64,000 nt of DNA from Candidatus Latescibacterota bacterium (GTDB lineage Bacteria > Latescibacterota > UBA2968 > GCA-2709665), in assembly GCA_965208835.1 (NCBI GenBank), contig OZ242358.1:4128001-4192000 (forward strand). Reading direction: 5' to 3'. The stretch's first letter is position 1; every line of letters starts with the position of its first letter. The notes beneath the pieces are model-generated. The model made no database searches. It was not told the DNA's origin and worked only from the letters and a program-made list of their open reading frames with translations. Below are positions 36,310 through 45,839 of this stretch, in pieces. Both the position numbers and the translations under genes were made by a program.

Positions 36310-38139
36310 TCAGGCCACCATTGCCAATTCGGCTTCCTGGTTCCGGTCAAGGGAAATCACGACCGCCGAACACCGGCGCCCCTCAACTTCGAGCGTCACG
36401 GGGGACTGCTCACGGCCGTCCAAAAGCACGCGCGAGACCTCCCCGCCTCGCTCCGCGATGATCGTCAGGCCCTCGATCGCCTCAATTGCCGTCAGCCTGG
36501 CAACCGCCCGTTCCGGGCAGGAACTCAGCAGTTCAACCCGCAACGCGTCCCGCGCCTGGACGAAGCGGGACCACTCCTGCAGGCTGCCGGTTTCGATGCC
36601 CATCGCCGCCAGGGACGCGTACACGATATTGGCCGCCTCGAACGTGCGTCGCAGGTCTCCTTTGGGCCGGATCAGATAACACGGGTGGAAGGTCCCGATG
36701 TGCGGCACGTGCCAGCGGTCGCGGGACTCCACGACCCAGCGGACTGCCGCCTCCGCGTACTCCACCTGGCTCAGTCCCAGCGTGCCGACGCCTGGCTCGG
36801 TGATGCTCTGCGAATCGTCGAAGGTGCAGGGCTGGAGAAACAGGTCCAGCAGCCCTTCGTCCGGGTCGAAGTAGCGCATGGGCATGGCCGACGCCAGCGA
36901 AAACGGTCCGAAGTCGTACCTGTTCATCCGCGGGTCGTGGCCGCAGAAGTGAAACGGCATTCGCCATCCGTGGTCCGTCAATATCTTCGCGGTCCCGGCC
37001 CCCGTCCACTGGCAACCGTGGATCACGATGTCGGTCACCGGTAGACCCACTTCGTCGGTAAATCGACGCGCCTGGACTTCCATTTCCGTGCGAATGCGTT
37101 CGTGGACCCCGTCGTCGAGTTCTTTCAATAGGCGGTTGTACGTAAGCGGAAATATATCCACTTCGATCGACATGAAGTGGCCCCGGTCCTGCCACTCGCG
37201 GATCAACTTCCCCTCGTACCGGCTCACCGGCGCCCTGAAGAAATTGTGCTTGTGCCCGTACTGCTCCGCCAGGTCCATCCCCACCGGAGCGCCCTCCTCC
37301 CCGCACCCGTCCGACTTGAAGAAGACGGCCACGCGCCGCGCATCGGGCATGTGCCAGACGCGTGGCACGATGCCGCCGCCGTGCAGGTCCAGCAGCAATT
37401 CCCGGAACAGGTCCTGGTGAATATCCGCCAGCGGATGCTGCCGGGAGTTCCGCTCCGCGATCCCGATCAGCCCGAAGATATGCCTCGGCCCTCGCAGCGG
37501 CAGCATTTGTGCCTGTTGATCCAGCGCCCAGGTTCCGTGTCTCAACCGCAGCACCGCCCCGACCACGTCGTAAGCCAGCACAAACGCCCTGCCCCGCTCG
37601 ATGCGTTTCCGGACAATGGCAGGACCGCTCCGCTTACCCAGGTTGTCGACCAACGCGGCCAGTTCCTCGCCGTCGCACGAGACACTGAGCCCGGTTTCCC
37701 GCGGGCAGTACAACGGCTCAGGCGGTACCGTAAGTCCGGCGGCGGGGTGAACGACAACCCGACCGTCCAAAACCGCCTGGTGCTCGTTTGCCAAAGGCTC
37801 GGAGGCCGTTTCCTTGTTCGGATCCACTTTCTGGGTCGACACCACAACCCGGCGCTTCACGCCCAGCCTTGCCGCCAGGTCGCCGCCCGACATCACCGCG
37901 AGCAGCCGCCCTCCGCCGCGCAGGTAGTCTAAGAGAATCCCGGAGGCCCGCCGTCCGAACGCCCCACGAAGCGTCAACACCACGGTCGCATTCTTCAGGC
38001 GAGTCGGATCCAACTCCTTCTGCGAGAGGACGTTAAAATGAAACAGCCCCTCGGCCTTCAGGATCTCCGTCGCGAAGTCGTGCTCGAGGTTCTCATCCGG
38101 CTTGACGATCAGAATCGACTTCATTGATTTCATCACCAA
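36310..38139 (-). CDS. Hypothetical protein, GATase-like N-domain plus deacetylase-like domain
   Basis: 609 aa; YLRGGGRLL, PRVWHMP...FKSDG, VIHG, GTFHP. Confidence 0.6.
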   Translation of the reverse strand: MVMKSMKSILIVKPDENLEHDFATEILKAEGLFHFNVLSQKELDPTRLKNATVVLTLRGAFGRRASGILLDYLRGGGRLLAVMSGGDLAARLGVKRRVVVSTQKVDPNKETASEPLANEHQAVLDGRVVVHPAAGLTVPPEPLYCPRETGLSVSCDGEELAALVDNLGKRSGPAIVRKRIERGRAFVLAYDVVGAVLRLRHGTWALDQQAQMLPLRGPRHIFGLIGIAERNSRQHPLADIHQDLFRELLLDLHGGGIVPRVWHMPDARRVAVFFKSDGCGEEGAPVGMDLAEQYGHKHNFFRAPVSRYEGKLIREWQDRGHFMSIEVDIFPLTYNRLLKELDDGVHERIRTEMEVQARRFTDEVGLPVTDIVIHGCQWTGAGTAKILTDHGWRMPFHFCGHDPRMNRYDFGPFSLASAMPMRYFDPDEGLLDLFLQPCTFDDSQSITEPGVGTLGLSQVEYAEAAVRWVVESRDRWHVPHIGTFHPCYLIRPKGDLRRTFEAANIVYASLAAMGIETGSLQEWSRFVQARDALRVELLSSCPERAVARLTAIEAIEGLTIIAERGGEVSRVLLDGREQSPVTLEVEGRRCSAVVISLDRNQEAELAMVA

Positions 38140-38195
38140 GTAATTGGTGGAACGGATACCGGTTCAAGGTTATACGGTGCGCTCGTGGAATAATC

Positions 38196-38440
38196 GCCCC
38201 CCCACCGCATCAGCCGTCGCCGGCCCTTCGACACCCTTCGACAGGCTCAGGGCGAGTGCTCAGGGGACGGCTCGGCTTCTGCGACTCCCCCTCAAGGGGG
38301 GAGTAATGTTGATGGGCATTGCTTGAATGTATTTTACAAAACAACATTAAATGTAGCCTCCCTGGCATCCTCGGCGCAGCCGAGAATCGCTGATAGAAGC
38401 GTGGTCATTGAGCATGCCTGCATTGAGCTTGTCGAAATGC
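38196..38440. repeat. Composite intergenic repeat cluster: nested CGTC-type CTTCGACAGGCTCAG units and an ACTCCCCC-TCAA-GGGGGGAGT hairpin
   Basis: cccttcgaca[cccttcgacaggctcagggcgagt]gctcaggggacg at 38224-38269; hairpin 38284-38304; reverse unit ttgagcttgtcgaaat near 38423-38438. Confidence 0.7.
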
Positions 38441-38499
38441 CCGCGCTTCCCAGTCCTTCGCGGATCTGTGAATGTAGCAGGGTGAGAAACACGGCGACG

Positions 38500-39495
38500 T
38501 CAACCCAACACGACCTCGCGATTCTCCGTCGCGGAGCGATAGATCGCATCCAGCAGCGCATTGGTCTTCGCCGCTTCGCCGAACGGGCAGACCGGCTGGC
38601 GTCCATCCCGAACCGCATCGACGAAATCCTTCACGACCGGGCCGTGTACGTTGTCGTCGGGTGTCAGATCCAGCGTATCCACCTGCCGACCCACCGTTTT
38701 GACGACCTCGCCCGAATCGTAGGGATGCCAGTACACCTTCGCCTCGGACCCGACGATCTCAAACTCGTGCCGCCAGGTCTGCGAACTCCAGCTGAATGAC
38801 GCCGTGACCAATGCGCCGTTATCAAGTTTCATGACGATGCTCGCACAGTCCTCCACGTCCCACTTCTGCACCAGGTTCTCGCACCGGGCGTACACCGAAA
38901 CCGGCATCCCCAGGAGCCCGATCATCACATCGAACATGTGCGTGCCCATATCGCTGATAGGGCCGCCTCCGGACCGCTCCCGGAAGACGCGCCAGCGTTT
39001 CGGATCGTCATCCGCGGGGCTGAACCAGGAAAAGTAGACGATGCGTACGAGGAGGACCTGGCCGAATTCGCCGTTCCGGATCATCTCCTGCGCCTGGAGA
39101 TACGCCGGGAAAAGCCGCCGAAAATAGGAACACCCGGCCAGCCTGTCGCTGCGCCCGGCCGCCTCGATGGCGCTTGCACATTCCTCACCGGTCACGCCCA
39201 GGGGTTTTTCCACGAGCACGTGCTTGTCCGCTTCGAGGGCCTGAACCGCGTGGGGCACGTGCAGCCACACGGGCGTTGCGACGTAGACCGCGTCCGCCGA
39301 CGTCTTCTCCAGGGCCTCATCCAGATCGGCGTAGACCTCGGACAGGTCGTATTCGGAGGCCAGCGCCCGGGCGTTATCCTGTACCATATCGCATACCGCC
39401 ACCAGTTCCGAATTCGCGGCGCCCGCGAGGGCGGCGGCCACCCGCTTTCGGGCGATATCCCCGGCGCCAACCAGAAGCCACCTCACGTTGTCCAT
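38500..39495 (-). CDS. Gfo/Idh/MocA family oxidoreductase
   Basis: VGAGDIA, HVLVEKP, GGGPISDMGTHMFD. Confidence 0.92.
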   Translation of the reverse strand: MDNVRWLLVGAGDIARKRVAAALAGAANSELVAVCDMVQDNARALASEYDLSEVYADLDEALEKTSADAVYVATPVWLHVPHAVQALEADKHVLVEKPLGVTGEECASAIEAAGRSDRLAGCSYFRRLFPAYLQAQEMIRNGEFGQVLLVRIVYFSWFSPADDDPKRWRVFRERSGGGPISDMGTHMFDVMIGLLGMPVSVYARCENLVQKWDVEDCASIVMKLDNGALVTASFSWSSQTWRHEFEIVGSEAKVYWHPYDSGEVVKTVGRQVDTLDLTPDDNVHGPVVKDFVDAVRDGRQPVCPFGEAAKTNALLDAIYRSATENREVVLG

Positions 39496-39518
39496 CTGCC
39501 CTCCCAGGCATTTATTAT

Positions 39519-39622
39519 GGGCGCCCACGAGGGACGCCCCTACAATACGAAAAATTCACGAATTGAACTCTCTTGGTTCCGCGCCGACGTTGCATTTGCA
39601 GGGGCAATCTTTGTGGTTGCCC
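39519..39622. repeat. Inverted pair of GTAG-family REP sequences
   Basis: Minus strand GTAGGGGCGTCCCTCGTGGGCGCCC (39519-39543); plus strand GCAGGGGCAATCTTTGTGGTTGCCC (39598-39622). Confidence 0.65.
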
Positions 39623-39682
39623 AGATAATTGCGCTGACAAACGTGACCTGATTTCGCCTGGCCGTATCGTAAACCGGTTTTA

Positions 39683-39717
39683 GCTGACTGCTGATGGCTG
39701 AGAGCTGAAAGCTGTAA
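39683..39717. repeat. Heptamer tandem repeat (GCTGnnn)x5
   Basis: gctgact gctgatg gctgaga gctgaaa gctgtaa. Confidence 0.65.
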
Positions 39718-39739
39718 TTCCGGTTTCTGGTAAAGAACG

Positions 39740-40909
39740 CTAACCCAGATCCGAAATCGTCTGCTTGATTGCCCACGCGATATATTCCAGGTCTTCCCCG
39801 GTCGTGCCCGGGAACACCGGCGTACTGACGACCTGTTCGCAGACCCTGGCCGCGACCGGACAGCCGTCGCCGTTGTACCCAAGCTCCTGAAGGGCGTCCC
39901 ATGTCCACAGCGGCGGGTAGTGCTTTGCGGTCCCCACCTGATATCGATCCTTCAGGTGAGCGACGAACGCGTCCGTGCTGAACCCCACGGCATCGGTATC
40001 CAGCCGGATCACGTGCAGATGGCTTCCGTGGTCGGGGCCGTGTCCGGCGGGTAGAATGACCTCGTCGACGCCGGCCAGCAGCGCATTGAGACGGACCATC
40101 CGTTCGCGGCGATCCTGGATCACGCGGTCTATCTTGGCCAACTGGGTAAGCCCGACCGCGTATTGGGGTTTGGTCATCCGGTAGTTGAATCCGACCCGCA
40201 CCACCCGTGTCCCGCTTCCCCCGTAAACGTACCCGAATGTTTTCAATTGCCGGACCTGTTCGGCGAAGTCCTCGTCGTCAGTCGTAACCGCGCCTCCCTC
40301 CCCCAGACACGTCATATTCTTGTTGCTCTGAAAACTGTAACACGAGGCCTTTCCCCGTCCGCCGACGGGTTCCCCCCGGAATCTGGTACCGACCGCGTGC
40401 GCCGCATCGTAAATCACCGGAACGCCCGTCTTCCCGGAAATCTGGTCGAATGCGTCCACGTCGCAGGCGAGGCCGGCAAAGTGCACCGGAATGATCGCCC
40501 GGGTGCGCTCCGTGATCTTCTCCCTTACCGTCCGGGGGTCCAGATTCAGACTCACCGGATCGATGTCGGCAAGCACCACCCGCGCGCCCCTGGCAATCGC
40601 GGTACCGGCCGTGCAGACAAAGGTGAGCGGGGTCGTGATCACCTCGTCGCCCGGGCCGACGTCCAGCGCCATCATGCAGCAGTCCAGGCCCGTTCCGCAG
40701 GAGTTGACCGCTATCGCCTTTCGGGCGCCCTCGTGCGCGGCGAACGCATTCTGAAAGTCGTTCTCTTCGGGGAGCGGAAAGAACGTGCCTTCCGACTCAG
40801 CAACGCCTGTAAGCATTCCGCTGACAGCATCGACGTCGTCCTGCTCATAGACCCCTCCCATGGATCCGAAGGGCACCTCTCGAATTTCCATGAAACCGGG
40901 CGCAAACAC
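39740..40909 (-). CDS. DegT/DnrJ/EryC1/StrS family PLP aminotransferase
   Basis: NSCGTGL, PVHFAG, YDAAHA, SFQSNKNMT.LGEGG (PLP Lys), GFNYRM. Confidence 0.92.
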   Translation of the reverse strand: MFAPGFMEIREVPFGSMGGVYEQDDVDAVSGMLTGVAESEGTFFPLPEENDFQNAFAAHEGARKAIAVNSCGTGLDCCMMALDVGPGDEVITTPLTFVCTAGTAIARGARVVLADIDPVSLNLDPRTVREKITERTRAIIPVHFAGLACDVDAFDQISGKTGVPVIYDAAHAVGTRFRGEPVGGRGKASCYSFQSNKNMTCLGEGGAVTTDDEDFAEQVRQLKTFGYVYGGSGTRVVRVGFNYRMTKPQYAVGLTQLAKIDRVIQDRRERMVRLNALLAGVDEVILPAGHGPDHGSHLHVIRLDTDAVGFSTDAFVAHLKDRYQVGTAKHYPPLWTWDALQELGYNGDGCPVAARVCEQVVSTPVFPGTTGEDLEYIAWAIKQTISDLG

Positions 40910-41118
40910 CCCCTCTTTACGCGGGAGAAAAACGCGCCCTTCCTCCTTTCCGAATCGTCAATAACTCAAGCATTTCCCGTGCTTCATCGGTGTCCTTACT
41001 CGTTCTTCAAGTTAATATCCGGTCACCTCCTGTCAAGCGCAAAGACGTGAGACGACCGCTTCGGGAATGGGCCTATGTCAGCCCATCGAAAAAACCATCC
41101 GGGTTGCTATTCAGGGAA

Positions 41119-43098
41119 TCAATACCACTTGTGAACGACGTGCCCCCGATTCGGAAACCATATTGCGTCCACGACCATCCCCGCCGTCACGGCGAGGATG
41201 TATCCGACGAGCATCCCCAGGAAAAACGGCATCGACCGCCGGTAGAACGCCACCCCGCCCGTCTTCAGCATGATCAGCTTCACCAGCCACGCCACCAGGA
41301 GCGTGGACCCCATGCGGCGCGCCGCCGGGATGCCGGACAGCGCAAACCCGATCGGGTGTAACGGCCACCTGGCGAACCGGTAGCGCATCAGATTCACAAG
41401 GACCATCGCCACGGCGCCGATCAGCAGAAACCAGTAATCGATCGCCTGCATCCTCGCCGGGTTCAGGATCTCGTTTACGGTCATCCCGTACTGCCATTCG
41501 CCTTCGTGGATGATCAGCCAGTTGGGTCGGAAATTGTAGGCGCCCACGTGGTATCCCAGCCAGATCGTGTACAACGTCGAGCTGATCACACCCACGACAA
41601 ATGCCGCGAACACACCCCAGAATAGCCGGCGTTTGTCCGTTCCGACGAAATCGCCCAGGCGGTTGATCTGCGCGACCAGCGGCATGATGAAGCTCCTGGG
41701 ATGGCTGACGGTGAATGACAGCATGCCGAAGGTCGCGCGCGTGGACGCATTCAGGGCTCCCGCGCCGCCAACCAGCGCGCCCGAGAGTTCCCATGCGGAC
41801 GCGGGCGGCTGGATATAGATGATTCCCGAATCGGCCACGACCTTGGCCACGAAGAGATAGGCGATGAACATCGTCGGAATCAGCAGGGCGATCATCCCGG
41901 CCTCCACCCCTATCCGCCCCAGAAACGCCGCGATGTAAACGCAACTGCCCAGAAGGCCGATCAGCGCTGCCCGATAGGAGAGTAATTCCCGGCCGACGCC
42001 GGGCGAAGACCCGCGCGCGTGAAGCGCACCCCGGACGACTTCGCGCAGGTGGTGCCGGGAGATCCAGATCCACCAGAAAACCAGCGACACGAACGCTCCG
42101 GCCGCCTGCCACTTGTAGGTCGTGGTGGTATAGGGCCCGGCGCCGTAGTGCGGCGAGGTGGCGACGATTCCTATGCGATTCAACGCGCCCGCTTCGATCA
42201 TGTACACGAAGTCGAAGAACCAGATGCTGAAGAGCACGTCGAGGCTCGCGAAATAGGAAAAGCAGATGACGGGCGTGCTGAGAAAGATGAAAAACGGAGG
42301 ATATTCTTTGGGAAGGAGGTCCCAGATGAAGCGACCGGTTGCCGTGGGGAAGCTGGGTACCATCGGGTAGAACCAGGCGATCATGTTCCACCAGAAGACG
42401 ATCGACGTCAGCGCGAATCCGGCCCAGAACACCTTGCCCTTCATGAACTCCGGCAGCCACCTCTCTCCGGACCCGGCCCGCGATGCCATCTCCAGAACCG
42501 GAGCAAGCGCCGGGTACACCAGCTTTTCATGGTCGGCCCACTGGCGGTGCAGGAGAACGGAAATACAGATACATGTAAAGCCCAGTACAAAAACAAAAGA
42601 GAGCCACCAGATCAGCGGAAGCCCCCAGACGTCCCAGGGAATCGACGCTCGACCCGGCAGCCCTTCATAGAACCAGGACATCGCCCGGCTATCGTTTGTC
42701 GGGATCAGCCATCCAGGCAGGTGCGGGTGGAGGTACTCGGTCCACCGGTTCTCCGGCGTCGCGAAATAGTGCGGGGACGCCATCATGCCCACCAGGTAAC
42801 CGCTGACCCCGTAGTTGGGCCCGATGGCGCTGATGACTCCCATGCTGAAGACCGTGATCCATTCAGACGGCGACAGGACGAAAGCGGTCCCGAACCTTCT
42901 GGCGAGCAAGGCGCAGCCCAGAATCGACACAAGGCACAGCAGCAGCACGCCCATCGGAATCTGGGCGACCATCATGTACGACCCCTTCTGGATGTAGCGG
43001 GCCGTACAGGCCAGCACGCTCATGGCCATCGCAATGCACAGACCGATTACGATCGACCGAAGCGTCACACGCGCTTCCGGCTGTTTCTCGCCTCTCAC
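41119..43098 (-). CDS. DUF6785/DUF6784 polytopic membrane protein (putative OPT-related transporter), copy 1
   Basis: YFATPENRW, RQWADHEKLVYP, WPLHPIG, PFFLG; many TM helices. Confidence 0.75.
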   Translation of the reverse strand: MRGEKQPEARVTLRSIVIGLCIAMAMSVLACTARYIQKGSYMMVAQIPMGVLLLCLVSILGCALLARRFGTAFVLSPSEWITVFSMGVISAIGPNYGVSGYLVGMMASPHYFATPENRWTEYLHPHLPGWLIPTNDSRAMSWFYEGLPGRASIPWDVWGLPLIWWLSFVFVLGFTCICISVLLHRQWADHEKLVYPALAPVLEMASRAGSGERWLPEFMKGKVFWAGFALTSIVFWWNMIAWFYPMVPSFPTATGRFIWDLLPKEYPPFFIFLSTPVICFSYFASLDVLFSIWFFDFVYMIEAGALNRIGIVATSPHYGAGPYTTTTYKWQAAGAFVSLVFWWIWISRHHLREVVRGALHARGSSPGVGRELLSYRAALIGLLGSCVYIAAFLGRIGVEAGMIALLIPTMFIAYLFVAKVVADSGIIYIQPPASAWELSGALVGGAGALNASTRATFGMLSFTVSHPRSFIMPLVAQINRLGDFVGTDKRRLFWGVFAAFVVGVISSTLYTIWLGYHVGAYNFRPNWLIIHEGEWQYGMTVNEILNPARMQAIDYWFLLIGAVAMVLVNLMRYRFARWPLHPIGFALSGIPAARRMGSTLLVAWLVKLIMLKTGGVAFYRRSMPFFLGMLVGYILAVTAGMVVDAIWFPNRGHVVHKWY

Positions 43099-43104
43099 GA
43101 TACC

Positions 43105-44445
43105 TTACTCATGGTCTTCCTTTGCGGCCGCCAACGGATTGATCCAGACGACGGCCCTGGTCCCCCAATCCGTGGACATGACATCGTCGTAACCGTCACC
43201 GTCCAAATCCGCGAGACGGACGATATTCGGCCAGTTGAGGCCCGCGCCGTCGCCGAGACGCGTCGCCTCCCACATGGTTCCATCTCCCCTGACGTTCCGG
43301 AACACGTAGACCCCGTCTCCCCCGTCGGAGGGCACCACGATATCCAATCGCCCGTCCCTGTCCACGTCTCCGAGGTCGAAGGAATAGGCGTGGCCGAGGC
43401 CACCGGCAATCCTATGGAATTTCCACTCCATCCCGGGTCCCAGGCGCTCCCGCCATGCCAGATACCCGTTTCTGAGACTGGTCTCGACACAGTCCAGGTC
43501 CCCGTCCCCGTCGAGGTCCGCAAATCGCGCATGGACCTGGGAAAGGGGTTTGTCGGAAAAGCCTGCGACCCATCGCCGCACCGAATCGGGCGATTCCACG
43601 CGGATGGAATCCCGCTTCCACCCGGTCCCCTTTCCATCGGTATTGATCAGGAGAAACGGCCGGGACGCGTGTTCGGAGGCGCACACAAGGTCCAAATCCC
43701 CGTCCAGGTCCACGTCGCCCGCGTCCACGCCGATGATGGGAGGCAGGTCCACGCGAATCGGCATTTCTTCCCAGGGCTCCGATTCGCTGCTGTTCTGACG
43801 AAACCACCCCACTTTGTGGCCCGACTCCGAGATGGAGGTGACCACAACGTCGTCGAGGTCGTCTCCGTCGACGTCCGCAACCACGGCCCTGACCGGAAGC
43901 TCGAGCGCTTTCGACCTGAGACTGAGTTTTCTCCAACTCTCCCCATCGGAAGTCTCGTATATCACGGTCTCGCCCGACAGATAGCAGGGGACCACAACGG
44001 CCGCGTTCCCTCCGGCAGTGCGGCGTACGACAACGGCGTCTTTCGGCGTGACCTGCCGGTCGTCCAGTGGACGAATACGAAACGCCAATCCTGAATCCGG
44101 CGGAGGCGCTAGGTTCTCCAGCCAGTAGACCATGCCGTACTCACGGTCCTCGTCCGGGATCTTTTCCCCGCCCGATTGAAAGGCCACGACGAGGTCCAGG
44201 TCGCCGTCCCGGTCGAAATCGGCCGCGTTTATGCCGTAGGAATTGGTCCCCGCGAGCGTTCCGCCCTCGCCGTCACGCAGATCGACGGACTTCCATTTCG
44301 CGGCCGCGTCGGCGCCGAATCCCCTGATATCGGGGCTGAGGGCCAGAATCTCGCGAGGGACCTGGGCGGCGGCGGAAACGGCGACGGCGCAGGCAACGGC
44401 CGCGACGATTCCCGGCCACAACGCCCGGAAGTCGAAACGCGCCAT
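43105..44445 (-). CDS. Secreted FG-GAP/VCBS repeat protein
   Basis: Signal peptide; six DxDxDGxxD-type repeats; TGATG coupling to the upstream gene. Confidence 0.82.
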   Translation of the reverse strand: MARFDFRALWPGIVAAVACAVAVSAAAQVPREILALSPDIRGFGADAAAKWKSVDLRDGEGGTLAGTNSYGINAADFDRDGDLDLVVAFQSGGEKIPDEDREYGMVYWLENLAPPPDSGLAFRIRPLDDRQVTPKDAVVVRRTAGGNAAVVVPCYLSGETVIYETSDGESWRKLSLRSKALELPVRAVVADVDGDDLDDVVVTSISESGHKVGWFRQNSSESEPWEEMPIRVDLPPIIGVDAGDVDLDGDLDLVCASEHASRPFLLINTDGKGTGWKRDSIRVESPDSVRRWVAGFSDKPLSQVHARFADLDGDGDLDCVETSLRNGYLAWRERLGPGMEWKFHRIAGGLGHAYSFDLGDVDRDGRLDIVVPSDGGDGVYVFRNVRGDGTMWEATRLGDGAGLNWPNIVRLADLDGDGYDDVMSTDWGTRAVVWINPLAAAKEDHE

Positions 44446-45665
44446 CACGGCCTCCCCGGCATCTTCGTCGTGTGGATGCGCCCCCCGATCCCGCCCAAGT
44501 CCGCCGGCATCTTTCCTGAAGGACGATCCGCTCCGGGCCGGAAGTCCGGGACCCTGACGACCCTGGACCCTTCCTCGATCGAATCCACGGCCAGCACCGC
44601 CGGAGCCATCGAGTCCATCACCCGGTACACGTCGTACTCGAGCGCCTCTCCCTTGAGGATGGCGTCTCTGAAATACATGTGCACGTAGTAGTCGGCGTCG
44701 CCGTGGCCGCTTCCCCGCGCCTCCGGGGGCGCGTCGGTCCGCCGGTACTGCCAGTCGACCTCCATCCAGTCGTTCATCTGCGTGTCCGCCAGCCACAGTT
44801 TCGGCTTTTCCTTTCCGGACCGCCGCCACTCCACGCTTCCCTTCGTGCCGATCATCTGCCACCAGTGGTGGTCGCCGTGCGGCCTGGGCTGGTTGAACCC
44901 GTTCAGCATCCGGATCAGCGTGTCGTTCTCCGTCTTCATCAGCGCCACCTGAATATCCGCGTTGAGCATCTCCGGCGTCGTATAACTGGGCGGCCTGGTG
45001 CTCATCGACGTTACCTCGATCACGCGGTCCTCCAGGATCTTCAGCAGTATGCTCAGATCGTACGAAGCGGAGATGATGTACGGCAGGTATTGCGGACTGG
45101 CGGGCTCGGCCTCAGGGTGGTCGGCAAGCGCCTCAACCGGGTAATTCTTGCCGGTATTGTAATCCTGGAACCACTGATGGGTGCCGTAGTAACCCAGGTA
45201 CTGACCTTCGGCATAGGTGATTTTTCCCAGCATTCCGTCGTCCACCAGCTTCTTCCACCCGTCCACGAACCCCCAGAACCTCGTCTGCTCCGCCAGGCTG
45301 TACACCAGCCCCGTCCGCTCCACGTTCGTGACGATACGCCAGCATTCCTCCATCGTATATGCCGCGGGCACCTCGGCGTTGACGTGCTTGCCCGCCTCAA
45401 GCGCCTCGGCGGCCATGGTTCCCTGCTCCAGCTGCCTCACCACCAGACCCACAGCGTCTATACCCTCGTACGCCAGAAAATCGTAGTAGTTGCTGAATAC
45501 CTTTACGTCGTCGCGATAGGCAATTTCTGCCAGCGCCCGCTCCTGGAGCGGCTCGATCCAGTCGTAGATGGCCGTGATCCGGTAACCCGGGGCGCTCTGA
45601 AGCAGCCGGATCCAGTGCAGCCCGCGGTGGCCCAGCCCGGCAACGCCTATTCTGATCTCATCCAT
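44445..45665 (-). CDS. Gfo/Idh/MocA oxidoreductase, GH109-like, copy 1
   Basis: GVAGLGHRG, GKHVNAEVPAAYTMEECW, SGHGDAD. Confidence 0.85.
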   Translation of the reverse strand: MDEIRIGVAGLGHRGLHWIRLLQSAPGYRITAIYDWIEPLQERALAEIAYRDDVKVFSNYYDFLAYEGIDAVGLVVRQLEQGTMAAEALEAGKHVNAEVPAAYTMEECWRIVTNVERTGLVYSLAEQTRFWGFVDGWKKLVDDGMLGKITYAEGQYLGYYGTHQWFQDYNTGKNYPVEALADHPEAEPASPQYLPYIISASYDLSILLKILEDRVIEVTSMSTRPPSYTTPEMLNADIQVALMKTENDTLIRMLNGFNQPRPHGDHHWWQMIGTKGSVEWRRSGKEKPKLWLADTQMNDWMEVDWQYRRTDAPPEARGSGHGDADYYVHMYFRDAILKGEALEYDVYRVMDSMAPAVLAVDSIEEGSRVVRVPDFRPGADRPSGKMPADLGGIGGRIHTTKMPGRP

Positions 45666-45839
45666 CGATGCCTCCATTCAAGTTGGCGATTTCGCCCGTT
45701 GAAGCCTAGAACGTCGAATTCCTGCAGACGCGCGCCGCCAGCCAACGCTTCGTGCAGGATAACTGATGCCCGGGATCGTTCCGGATTGCACCGGCGTACC
45801 ATTGGTACTCCGGTCGCGTACACATGATCCGCCTGCTGG

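Noticed and set aside
44446-44862. N-terminal extension of the FG-GAP ORF
   Set aside because: Overlaps the oxidoreductase; the real start is translationally coupled (TGATG) at 44445 and has a signal peptide.
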